Of a stretch of DNA of 64,000 bases, positions 27,163 to 39,619 are shown one piece after another. The notes beneath the pieces are model-generated. The model was not told where the DNA came from, did no database searches, and was given only the letters and a program-made list of their open reading frames with translations. The DNA is taken from contig JAQGDQ010001046.1 in assembly GCA_030141605.1 (NCBI GenBank), positions 1-64,000 of the forward strand, in the 5' to 3' direction. Positions within the stretch are counted from its first letter, which is position 1. Each line of letters opens with the position of its first letter. A program made the translations under genes and the position numbers. Source of the stretch: Tubiluchus corallicola (taxonomy: Eukaryota; Animalia; Priapulida).

Positions 27163-28073
27163 CAGGGGTGTGCAAATTGCTGCCCGCTGGCCAGTTGCGG
27201 CCCACCGAGAGAATTTGTGCGGCCCGTGAAGAGATCTGTCAACCTAATGAAAGTGCGGCCCGGGCGATTAATTGAGTGTATTGAGTGTATCCAGCTGAAG
27301 TCCTTGCTACGATCCCAAAGATTGTGCGGTTAGTTTTTTTCTACTAGATCGGATGCCATTAACCCTTACAAGACGGTTGTAGCTTAATGTCACTGTACTA
27401 CACAGACTGTCTGATACACATTACTAATACTCATTGTAATGAAATTACCACTAGCTGTCCTGAAAGTAGAGATATATGGTTTGTAATATAAATTTTAACA
27501 ATTTCTAAAATAGTTTCTTGAGTGTATACCTCTGAACTAGGGCATGCTGAACCTTTATACTGGAATGAAACCCCACAAATGTGACTTATGTGACAAATCA
27601 TTTGTGAGGTTTCATTCCAGTATGAATGTTCATGTTCTCGTCGTGATCATCTTCTCAGTCACATGAACACCCATAGTGGAATGAAATGCCACAAATGTGA
27701 CTTATGTGACAAATCATTTTCTCATCGTGATCATCTTCTTGAGCACATGAACACACATACTGGAATGAAACCCCACAGATGTGACTCATGTGACAAATCA
27801 TTTTCTCAGCAAGGTAATCTTCTCAGTCACATGAACACTCATACTGGAATGAAACCCCACAAATGTGACTTGTGTGACAAATCATTTTCTGAGCGTGATC
27901 ATCTTCTCAGTCACATGAACACCCATACTGGATTGAAACCCCACAAATGTGACTTGTGTGACAAATCATTTTCTGAGCGAGTACTTGGCTCCTTGATCAA
28001 ACTGCCTGTGGCCCGCAGGAATTGCGGGAAAGTTTAATGTGGACCGGCTAGTCAGATAATTTGCACACCCCTG
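27163..28073 (+). mobile_element. hAT MITE copy 3 with an internal captured C2H2 zinc-finger fragment (about 27548-27980)
   Basis: Both TIRs present; TSD AGCTAGGG/AACTAGGG; MITE body interrupted from 27527 to 27980 by ZF sequence. Confidence 0.88.
27645..27980 (+). pseudogene. C2H2 zinc-finger gene fragment (about 4 fingers) inside the MITE
   Basis: Same finger family as 22859-24018; reads directly into MITE sequence. Confidence 0.8.
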
Positions 28074-28408
28074 AACTAGGGCATGCGTTGGTGCTGCTTA
28101 AGAAAATAATTTAATGTTTTTACGCTTTTTCACGTTTCAAGTTTTAGTTTTCTTTGGGTTTCGAAAAGTTTTAATAATTTTTAGGTTAGGGTTGATCATC
28201 CTGGGACCGTTAAAGATTTAGCACTCGATACCGAAAGGCCGCATAATGACACATATGATTTCTACGACATTATTATCGATTTTGGCAGATTGTTTGGTAG
28301 TTTTTGTTTAATTTTAAAGTTTCACCTTTATACAAAACTAACTATAGATGTGACTTTTTTAAAAGGCATAAAATGTTGGATTTGTATCACCTGTATAATA
28401 ATAATAAT

Positions 28409-29305
<897 letters not shown>

Positions 29306-29548
29306 ATCTTTATTTAAAGTCGGCTTTTGCGTCAACAATTAACATTAGCTCAAAGAGCTATTATCGCCGACTGTAAATAACAACCTACAACTACAAAACA
29401 GAGACTATTATTACCCCACTTTTACCCTAAATACCACGCGTCAGGCAGGGCAAAGCAGGTACCATTTTTAAAGTCTTTGGTATGACCCAGCCGCTGGTTC
29501 GAACTCAGGACCTCCCAGATGGAAAGCAGATGCATTATTTGTACCATT

Positions 29549-29716
29549 ACTAGGGCATGCTGAACCTTCACACTGGAATGAAACCGCACAAATGTGACTT
29601 ATGTGACAAATCATCTGTGAGGTTTCATTCCAGTACGAATGTTCATGTACTCGTCGTGATCATCTTCTCAGTCAGTCACTGGAACACTCACACTGGAATG
29701 AAACCTCACAAATGTG
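29549..29716 (+). pseudogene. Second copy of the rearranged zinc-finger fragment with an inverted linker
   Basis: Aligns with 27536-27700 (CTAGGGCATGCTGAACC...). Confidence 0.8.
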
Positions 29717-30080
29717 ATGATGATGATGAAGATGACGATGATGATGTTGATGATGTGGTCCAGCCGTCCTTGTCTAAGGTCAAGCGAGAGTTCACCAAAT
29801 GCCCCATATTTGACTATTATGTCAACACAGCATATATACAGTAGTGGAATTGTGTTATTATGGTTATCGAATATGACAGTGGAATCTCCAAAATAAAAAA
29901 AAACCCTTCAGAGGGGGGAGACGGTATTGAAGGAGAATTTTTGTTATAAATCAAATGGTGAGATCCCACGTTGTAATGTTTGTTTACATCAAAATTTGTT
30001 TACATCAACTTTTAATGAAGAGTTTCCAAATGTACGTAATTATACGTAGATACTTTCATAGTAATTGTTAAAGTTTATAA

Positions 30081-30440
30081 TCTTCTTCTTCTTCTTCCCA
30101 GCTTTTCCCTATGCGGGGTCGCCGTTGTGAATGAGTCTTCTCCACGCATTCCTGTTGTTGACCATCTCTTCATTCATGTCTTCCCTTCCCACATGATCTT
30201 CACCGACTCTTCTTTTCAGGTGTCCATACCATCGCAATCTTGCGAGGCTTCCACTACTTTTACTGTTCCTCTGATATTATTATTTCTAATTTTATCTCTT
30301 CTTGTTATTCCCGCCATCCATCTCAACATCCTCATCTCCGCCACACCCATTTTCCTCTCTTCGGTCTTCTTTAGAGAAGCTGCTTCCAGCCCATAGATTA
30401 GAGCGGGTCTGACCACTATCTTTGTGGACTTTACCTTTAA
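30081..30440 (-). mobile_element. RTE-clade LINE, 3' end fragment
   Basis: Peptide VRPALIYGLE...VAEMRMLRWMAGITRRDKIRN is typical of the RTE ORF C-terminus; (GAA)n tail. Confidence 0.8.
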
Positions 30441-30731
30441 GTCTCACCGACTCATTCATAGAAGGTTTTGGCGCGGTTTTTACAGGCGGATGCCCTTCCT
30501 GACCCTAACCCTCCCTATTTATCCTGCTGGCTTGCCACCCCAACCCTCCCTATTTAATAGGGGGTAATCAACATTAACCCGGCACCATCAACAATTTTCT
30601 ACCGGTTGATATTATACTATGATGACATATCATCTTACTGACATTCTTTTTTATTTTTGAATTTTAGGAGTGACTTGCAAAATGTGGTGATTTAATTGCA
30701 TGACTTCAGTGTATTAATTAGTTTGTATGCA

Positions 30732-30778
30732 ATGGTGAGATACCTTATCTACTTTTCGTACATTGGAACTAAATATTG
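30732..30778 (+). CDS. PUSL1: tRNA pseudouridine synthase-like 1 (TruA family) exon 1: MVRYLIYFSYIGTKY(C)
   Basis: TruA N-terminal motif RYxxxxxYxGTxYxG; gtgagt donor. Confidence 0.88.
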
Positions 30779-30936
30779 GTGAGTATAACTATTCGTTTAC
30801 GTACCTATTATTCGTTATTATAGGAAATTACTTGGATTATAATAATTTATATAATTATATGATCGCTATTTTATTTATTTATATATTTATTTTTTATTAT
30901 TTTTGTTTAATTATTTATCATGTTATTTCATCTTGT

Positions 30937-31029
30937 ATACATACATACATACTTACATACATACATACATACATACGTACGTACATACATACGTACGTAC
31001 ATACATACATACATACATACATACATACA

Positions 31030-31060
<31 letters not shown>

Positions 31061-31233
31061 GTACATACATACTTGCATACATACATACATACGTACGTAC
31101 ATACATACGTACATACATACTTGCATACATGCATACATACGTACGTACATACATATGTACATACATACTTGCATACATGCATACATATGTACGTACATAC
31201 ATATGTACATACATACTTGCATACATACTTGCA

Positions 31234-31264
<31 letters not shown>

Positions 31265-31375
31265 GTACATACATACTTGCATACATACATACATACGTAC
31301 GTACATACATAGATACATACATACATGCATACACACACGCACGCACGCACACACACACACACACATACACACATA
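30937..31375. repeat. (TACA)n / (CA)n microsatellite
   Basis: Directly visible. Confidence 0.96.
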
Positions 31376-31752
31376 TTAAAGGTACATTCCAGTACACAAA
31401 AATGTCTGAGTTAATGAAAACATCTCAATGAAGAATAACATGCACTAAGATATTATTGATAGAATTTAAAATTCGTCAACGCGCAATGTATTTCAAAGTA
31501 TTCAAAGACATTACTTTTCCACGAGCTTCACATTTCACATTTGCTGTTTGAATAAGCATTTTTGCATTATTATATTTCGTTTTAGTAATACTTTAAGGTT
31601 TATTTGGTATTCAAGAATGGGCTATTTGGTTTTACATTATTTGTTGGGGAAATAAATGATTCGGTTCTCAACCAAATCGGTTTTCAAACACTTTTTAGGA
31701 ACGAATTATGGAGGAAAACCGAGGCATGACTGACTGTATGTGCGAACAGCAA

Positions 31753-32210
31753 TGATGAGAATTTTCCGCGGATACGCGGAATTCCGAGTGTTTGCAAGAC
31801 CGGTAGTGCCATTTTTGCAAATCCCGTAAATTCGTTGAGAAAATTTTTACGGACCCAGTACATTATTTCACAAGCTGACCGCTAGCTAGCAGGCCGTCAC
31901 TTTGTTTACATCACGTACATCAGTGTAACCACGTGTAGATCTCTATGTATAAAAATATAGAATCAATTGTGCGGAGTTATTTGAGTCAATTGCAGACAGT
32001 TTTTATATACTTTTGCATAGGAGTGGCCAGTACTTAGGCATTTTTGAGACAATTAGGCATCATGTATCCTTGATAGTTGGGTATTTTAAATTATGCATGA
32101 AACAAGGTAATTGATATTTTAAGTCCACTTAGAGGCTCTCTATGGCCTATGCGGCCTCCAAACCCCCGGGCTGTTTCAGAGTTTTTTGCAATTTGTCATT
32201 CTCTTCCCTG
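31753..32210 (+). repeat. Interspersed repeat shared with 15730-15915 and 22122-22410
   Basis: Near-identical blocks seen at three positions. Confidence 0.75.
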
Positions 32211-32546
32211 CGTTAACACTAAACCTGCAGTACAGTGTTGTTTCCACAATGCAATGTACTAGGAAACAATCATCCAAGAGAACAATGGAAAACTACAATA
32301 ACAATGGAAATGAACTTCATTAGCATTAGAACATTTCAAGTTGTCATTTCTACATTTTTCACAATTCAAGTAAGTTTGGTAAATAACCTGCTGTATCCAC
32401 AAATTTTATTACATTTTTATCCAAAAAAAAAAAAAAATTCTGCTGCACAATAGCAGCCATTTTGGTAGAGGGTGGAGTTAGTTTGCCTTTGGTAACTTGT
32501 GTGATTAACTAACGAGTAATTAAGCTAATTGGTCGTTGTTTTACAG

Positions 32547-32601
32547 TGGTGTACAGTCTCAGCATCACACCAACCTTACTACGATACACGGCGTGTTAAG
32601 G
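32547..32601 (+). CDS. PUSL1: PUSL1 exon 2: GVQSQHHTNLTTIHGVLR
   Basis: ttttacag / gtaagt; phase fits; matches the TruA GxQ...TxxGxL pattern. Confidence 0.85.
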
Positions 32602-32788
32602 GTAAGTATTTGTTTACAAATTTAAAGTAAAAGGACACGTTATTTGGCATTTGTACTGCTGTTTCATTCAGACCACCTTCTCTCCTCCTTTTGTCTCGCA
32701 CACCGAGATATGAGTGCAGATTCAAATGTTAAAAATGCTAATGATAATATCCTAATAACTCAGGATATTATGCACTTTAATTATTTAG

Positions 32789-32963
32789 AACGTGTTTCAA
32801 TCACTGGTACCCACGGAGGAGGAAGCTGTGCTAGTGTGTGCCAGTCGGACCGATTCAGGCGTGCACGCCATGCGAGCTGCGGCTCATATTGACTTCCGCA
32901 CTCTTCCCCGTTGGAGGCTGTACCCCAGAAAGTACCCAAGGAAACTTCATCACGCTATGAAAC
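32789..32963 (+). CDS. PUSL1: PUSL1 exon 3 containing the catalytic motif SRTDSGVHA
   Basis: TruA catalytic Asp motif RTDxGVHA; tatttag / gtaagt. Confidence 0.93.
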
Positions 32964-33036
32964 GTAAGTCGACATTTTGTCTTGGTTTCGTAAATAAATT
33001 TCAACATGTTATGAAACGTAAGTCGACATTCTTAAA

Positions 33037-33147
33037 TTGTTGATGATGATGATGTTGTTGTTGTTGCCGTCGTTGCTGCTGTTGTTGTCGTCGTCGTTGG
33101 TGTTGTTGTTGTTGTTGTTGTTGCCGTCGTTGCTGCTGTTGTTGTTC

Positions 33148-33197
<50 letters not shown>

Positions 33198-33372
33198 ATC
33201 GTCGTTGGTGTTGTTGTTGTTGCTATTGTTCTTCTTGTTGTTGTTGTCATCGTCGTTGGTGTTGTTGTTGTCGTCATCGTTGGTGTTGTTGTTGTTGTTG
33301 TTGTCGTTGTTGTTATTGTTCTTGTTGTTGATGTTGTTGTCGTCATTGCTGTTGCTGCTATTGTTGTTGTTA

Positions 33373-33430
<58 letters not shown>

Positions 33431-33527
33431 CATTGCTGCTGTTGTTGTTAGTGTTCTTTTTGTTGTTGTCGTTGCTGCTGTTGTTGTTATTGTTCTTGTT
33501 GTCGTCGTTGTTGGTGTTGTTGTTGTT

Positions 33528-33573
<46 letters not shown>
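33037..33573. repeat. Degenerate (GTT)n microsatellite
   Basis: Directly visible. Confidence 0.96.
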
Positions 33574-33574
<1 letters not shown>

Positions 33575-34780
33575 CAGTCGACATTCATTTTCCAAACATT
33601 TCAAGACAGTGTCTCTAAAAAGGTGTTCCTAAAGCAAAACTGGACCCAATCTTAAGCTTTGCTCAAAACAATCTACTCTTTAAAATATTGAAAAGAAACA
33701 TACTATTTTTTCAAAAATGACTTACGTGAAAGAATTATTACCACACGAGCACAATTTTACGTTCGCACCACTAGTTCTTCGCTGTTAAATGCACCTCGCC
33801 TTTTGTTAGTTAGATGGGCACTAGCACCTGCATTTCGGAAATGCACTGCAGAAAGAACAGGTGCTGTACCTCTCAATTCAGATGTGTTAGTTTGTGACGA
33901 ACTACACACGTTCGACAGCTTATGCGAGCACAGCGGTAAATTTGAATTTTTATCTTAAAACTTGTCTAGTTTTAGTACAACAAAGTGAATATCTTACAGT
34001 AGGGCTGTACTTCAATTTTTGCATACTTAAGCACGCGCAACTCACCCGTGGAATATTTTTGCTGTTGAAAATTACGTTAGTTTGTGATGCCATCAATAGT
34101 TGGGCTGGTCTGCCGTAAGTGATTATTTAGTTATCACAAGCACTTTTACAGTATCAATTTTGTTAAAATGTGCCTTTTTATCGAACTTGCAAATGGACTA
34201 GTATATGAAAATTGTCCCATTTTCCTTACCCGTGTCGTAGCCGAACTTTTGGACAATTTTCGGTCGCATTTTCCCCAGGTTTTATTAGTACTTACCCAAT
34301 TTAGCTAAAGTTTCTTTTCTTCTAGGTGTCAAAAACCACCGAAAACCTTAGCTAAATCAGTTCAAATAAAGCAAAAATTTCGTTTACATAACAGTTTGTG
34401 ATTCACTTTTAACAGCAATGTCGCAAATCTTCAGTACTGATCACTGCGAAGCTTTAGGGTCTCCAGACCCAATCAACCGAAATATCAAACCACGTTTGAA
34501 CTATGAACTATGAATTTGTTGGTAACACAAAAGCTTTTAGTGCAGCGTGATTTGAATTACCTCTTTATCGGATCCGTTGCTTTATTCTCTTGACTTATAT
34601 CACTGCTGCCATCTATCGTGATACTTGAGAACTAAATTGCGATGACTGTTGTCAGAACTTGACACTCCTACGCTGATTACGCTATTTATCGGTCGTACAT
34701 TCCTCGTTGCTTTATTCTCTTGACTTATGATCACTGCTGCCATCTATCGTGATACTTGAGAACTAAATTATTATTTTCAG

Positions 34781-34850
34781 AACTTGACACGCCCACGCTG
34801 ATTACGAAAGCCGTTAATAGAAGATTAATGAGAGCTAAAGAAGACATTAG
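34781..34850 (+). CDS. PUSL1: PUSL1 exon 4: (Q)LDTPTLITKAVNRRLMRAKEDI(R)
   Basis: ttttcag / gtaaat; phases 1 and 2 fit the neighbours; TruA xNxxLxxxDIR pattern. Confidence 0.85.
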
Positions 34851-35029
34851 GTAAATTAATAATTTTTCAACATTAACAGTTAGCAAAGCTTCAGCAATGC
34901 CGGCGGTACGCGGATAACGCAAGGACATGTTCCAGCCAGGCTGTCTGAGTGCTGAATAGGCTGATTAGTCAACTGCCTAGCTGAATAATAAGCTGTCGTG
35001 TGGTATCTTTCTTTAAGTATATAGCCAGG

Positions 35030-35467
35030 GTTGTTGGCATTCTTCTGTCTCGGAAGACAATGGAGTGTGCGTAAAGAGAGTCAGTTATTGATCACATTGA
35101 TGGAGCTGCAGCGTCGACTGTGGCTGAGCAATCCGATCCTTGAACCACTGGAGTGGCCTCTCCAGGGCGCACGCCTGGGCAAGGTGTATGGAGATCCTGA
35201 GTTGCCCAGACAACAGGAACCCCCTCTCTTCCTCCATGGTGTAGTCCAAACGAAAGCGGACCGATACGTTTGGCACCAGGTTGGCTGCAGGAGCTGCCGG
35301 AGTCAGTGAGCATGCTACACTGGTCCGCCTTCTGGGCTCCACTCCTGATTTGGATGGTTTACTCCTCTACACATGGCTGTTGGGTCACTTGACTTCCTCC
35401 GCCTTCTAGCCGTTGGCTGCTTGTGCAGCTCCTCCGCCTAGTGTCGAGATACAGTGTGGGCATCCCC
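35030..35467 (-). mobile_element. Interspersed repeat, probably LINE/SINE body; second copy at 38728-39141
   Basis: Two near-identical copies; GC-richer than the surroundings; no intact ORF. Confidence 0.65.
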
Positions 35468-35469
35468 GC

Positions 35470-35589
35470 AAGCCTACAGCACCTGGTATTCCTAGGTGGT
35501 TACCCATCCAAGTACTAACCAGGCTCTACATTGCTTAGTTTCTGCGATTAGACGAGAACCGGTGTTTTCACCGTGATTTGGCCGTAGTT
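35470..35589 (-). pseudogene. 5S rRNA-derived copy (pseudogene or SINE3 head)
   Basis: Reverse complement reads ..CTACGGCCA...CCGGTTCTCGTC...CTAAGCA...GCCTGGTTAGTACTTGGATGGG...GGAATACCAGGTGCTGTAGGCTT, i.e. full-length 5S with several substitutions and no oligo-T terminator. Confidence 0.88.
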
Positions 35590-36233
35590 TTTTCATAGCC
35601 AGGATAGAAGATTATTTATCATAGTTACCCATCCATTTAATTACAGAGATAGCTAATTGCAAAGCGAAGCAGCCACATTAAAATAACTGCCAAGTCATTT
35701 TTTATAAAAATCAGCAACTTTAGTGGAAAAAGAATTTTATGCTCGGCAGTTACGTGAATTAATAAAACACATTAATTAAACATTGACGGTACGGCCTCCA
35801 TACCGCCAAACTTCGGCTGCTATATAAATATACATATGTGTGCTTGCATAGCAAAATCGCCCATAAGTCAGTATTCAGCTTTTCTATCATTCACACATCC
35901 TGAATCTGCATTTCATGAGGATCATTTTCATACCAAGTTCATCGCTCTATGTTATTTTTAAGCTGAGATAATCCACGTTGAAGTTGAGGTGCAGGCTGAA
36001 GAACATAATCTTGAGAAAATCACTGTTAAAGTCAGCCATTGTTTTTTGTCGCATTTCTACAAATGTTGGTTCCTATGGACTTTGCAAGAACACATTCAAG
36101 TTATGTTTAAATTCAGTAGATGGCTCTTCCTGACGAAGTTTGGTCTTGTCAACAGAAAATGCCCGAAGCAAAATAACTGCTTCCAGTTTAAGTTTGAAAA
36201 TAGAAGTTTTTTTACAATTCTAGTACTAGTTGC

Positions 36234-36397
36234 TAGCCAAAAAATGGATACGAGGCTATAAAATTAGATTTTTAGTATTTTTTTAACATTTTCTTGGTAA
36301 TTTGAGTCTATATATATATATAGACTCAAATTACCAAGAAAATGTTAAAAAAATACTAAAAATCTAATTTTATAGCCTCGTATCCATTTTTTGGCTA
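36234..36397. repeat. Perfect 164-bp palindrome centred on (TA)7
   Basis: Arms checked base by base. Confidence 0.95.
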
Positions 36398-36540
36398 TAT
36401 ATATATGTAAATTATTTGTTTTTTAGTAGACCAAATTTTTGATGCATTCTACTTTGAAGCATCACAATGTAGTTTTAACTGTGCCGACTTATGGACTGTT
36501 TTGATTTGCAATCACATATGAATATATATACATATATATA

Positions 36541-36576
<36 letters not shown>

Positions 36577-36948
36577 CGTATATATATATATATACATATA
36601 TTAATACATATACATATGTATCTGAATGTTAATATATATATACACACACGCACGCACGCATGCACACACACACAAACACAAATGCATATGTTCTTAAATT
36701 AGTCTCGCTTAACATTTGCAGCCGGGCTCATCGTTATGCTAGAGTTGCGCTTTTCTGGATTTTGCATATAATAGAGGAGGTTCTTCGACGATTGGTTTGT
36801 TTAATGCTTGTCAAAACGTGTTTTGAGTGTTTGTGTGTTTGTTTGTTTGTCTGTTTACCTTGTTTACGCATTCAGGACAAAGCCTTCATTTAGAGCCAAG
36901 AACAGAGAACTGAAACCGTCCGTCTCTAAATTGTCGTCGCGTTTGCAG

Positions 36949-37119
36949 GTTGTTGGAAGTACGGGAGGTCCCGGAGACGTTTCACTGCCGGGAGAACGCG
37001 AAATGGAAAAAGTACCTCTATCGGCTAGCCGTAACCAACGTCGTCGGAGAGGAAAGACGTCGCTTCGGCCAGGAAGCCTTTCCGGTCTTTGAGTTTGACA
37101 GATGTACCCCAATAGTGAA
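36949..37119 (+). CDS. PUSL1: PUSL1 exon 5: (R)LLEVREVPETFHCRENAKWKKYLYRLA...FPVFEFDRCTPIV
   Basis: TruA VPxxFHxRxxAxxxxYxYR motif; tttgcag / gtaaga. Confidence 0.92.
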
Positions 37120-37154
37120 GTAAGATTTTAGTCTTGTAGACGGAAGTTTTTAAC

Positions 37155-37980
37155 AACCCTAATCCTCGACCCTAACCCTAACCCTAGACCCTAACCCACA
37201 CCCTAACCCTAACCCTCGACCCTAGCCTTAAACCCTAGCCCACCACCCTAACCCTAGACCCTAATCCTTAACCCTAACCCCCCTCGACCCTAATCCGCAC
37301 CCTCAACCCTAACCCTCGATCCTAACACTAATTCTGGACCCGTACCCTAACGCAAACCCTAACTAACCCTTTACCCTAACACTGACGCAATGCTAACCAA
37401 ACCCTAACCAACCCTTTACCCTAACACTGACGCAATGCTAACCAAACCCTAACCAACCCTTTACCCTAACACTGATGCAATGCTAACCAAACACTAACTC
37501 AACCCCTTACCCTAACACTGACCCAATACTAACCATAACCCTAACCAACCCTCTACCCTAACACTGACCCAATACTAACCAACCCCTTACCCTAACACTG
37601 ACCCAATACTAACCAACCTCCTACCCTAACACTGACCCAATACTAACCAACCCCTTACCCTAACACTGACCCAATACTAACCAACCCCTTACCCTAACAC
37701 TGACCCAATACTAACCAACCTCCTACCCTAACACTGACCCAATACTAACCAACCCCCTATCCTAACACTGACCCAATACTAACCAACCCCTTACCCTAAC
37801 ACTGACCCAATACTAACCAACCTCCTACCCTAACACTGACCCAATACTAACCAACCCCCTACCCTAACACTGACCCAATGCTAACCAACCTCCTACCCTA
37901 ACACTGACCCAATACTAACCACCCCCTACCCTAACACTGACCCAATGCTAACCGAATGCTAGCTCAACCCAACACCCTAA
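37155..37980. repeat. (CCCTAA)-rich degenerate repeat grading into a ~35-bp minisatellite
   Basis: CCCTAACCCTAA units, then ACCCTAACACTGACCCAATACTAACCAACCCCTT units. Confidence 0.9.
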
Positions 37981-38331
37981 TCTCAATACACTTCACAAGC
38001 TAATGTTTTGTGTGTGGGGAATTGTAAACTTCATTTGCACATGTTTGTACATAAACCCCGTATGCTGTATTCATTAGTGATGCCATTTAGGTAATTGCAA
38101 TGAACTTGTCAAATATGAACACCTTGTCAAACCCCGTTTGTGAACTTGAACAAATAAAGTTCATTCTGCTGGGAGGAACTTGAACTAAGTTCATTTTACT
38201 CCAGAAAACTTTGTAACTTCAGCAGGTTCGTTTCTTAGCGAAACTTGCCCCCGCCACTGGCAGGACAACATGTTGCCTGCAACATCTTGCACGCGGAAAG
38301 AAGCATAAATCGTAACGTTTTTTTGTTGAAG

Positions 38332-38563
38332 TTTGCGTATCGACATAGATAAGCTACACGAAGCCGCGAAGCTCTTCGTCGGGAAGCATGACTTCGCCAC
38401 GTTCGCTAAACCGAAACACGACACGGAGCAGGACACCGTGAGAACGATCGACAGCATCACCATCAACCCGGGAATCCCTTTCCTGTTGAATCATCAAGAA
38501 TCCGGCAACGCCTACGACTTTTGGGACGTGGAGTTTAAGGGAAAGAGCTTCTTGTGGAATCAG
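38332..38563 (+). CDS. PUSL1: PUSL1 exon 6: LRIDIDKLHEAAKLFVGKHDFATF...VEFKGKSFLWNQ
   Basis: TruA GxHDFxxF and SFLxxQ motifs; gtaatt donor. Confidence 0.93.
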
Positions 38564-39619
38564 GTAATTGTGTGGGGTAGATGTTGGTGCCATCTGTTGG
38601 AGAAAATGCAAATTATTTCCACACCATATAACTAAAATACAGTTTAAGGGTAGTTAATGTTTTACATCGAATTCGATTTTAGTTTTATTAAGTAGAATCT
38701 TCTTGATTTACCCCCGTGTTTGTTTTATGTTGACATCCTTCTGTCTCGGAAGACAATGGAGTGTGCGCCAAGAGAGTCAGTTATTGATCACATTGATGGA
38801 GCTGCAGCGTCGACTGTGGCTGAGCAGTGCGATCCTTGAACCTCTCCATGGCGCACGCCTGGGCAAGGTGTATGGAGATCCTGAGTTGCCCAGACAACAG
38901 GAACCCCCTATCTTTCTCTCTGGTGTAGTCCAAAGGAAAGTGGAGCGATACGTTTGGCACCAGGTTGGCTGCAGGAGCTGCCGGAGTCAGTGAGCATGCT
39001 GCACTGGTCCGCCTTCGGGGCTCCACTCCTGATTTGGAAGGTTTACTCCTCTACACATGGCTGTTGGGTCACTTGACCTCCTCCGCCTTGGCTGCTTGTG
39101 CAGCTCCTCCGCCTAGTGTCGAGATACAGTGTGGGCATCCCGTAGATCAGAGAATCGTATTTACAGGATCATAATTGTAAAGATGTTAAAATAACATTTT
39201 GAAAGCTCAATAATTAGCCCACGTAAAACAACTAAAGTTACTGAACTGACACAGCAAACGGCTTTGCTTTACATACATGTAACGTGCCGGTTGTAGTTAA
39301 GATGAGTGGCTGTAATACACCTGACATTTGAACTGCAGCAATTGACGATGATCATGAAAAGGTCAAAGGTTAAGTGAACCAGACAATACATTTCTGTACA
39401 CTTGACAACGCCTGTTGTAATAGTAACAGTTGTAACAGCTAGCTAGAACCTTACCTTGTTCATGTTTTGTTGTTCCTGAACAAGACCCTTCCAGCAATTC
39501 ACCCTATGCACAATTAGTGCATAATTAAGTAATGTCCACGTAAAACAACTGAAGTACTGGATTGATGTGGCAGACGTATTGTATTACCCAAATGTCACCT
39601 GACTGTCGCAGTTAAGATG

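Noticed and set aside
35470-35589. Functional 5S rRNA gene
   Set aside because: Isolated copy, altered 5' end, several substitutions and no oligo-T terminator
36721-36893. Possible PUSL1 exon after tttgcag
   Set aside because: No TruA motif; exon 4 splices in frame to 36949, giving the expected DIR-L...VP..FH.R sequence
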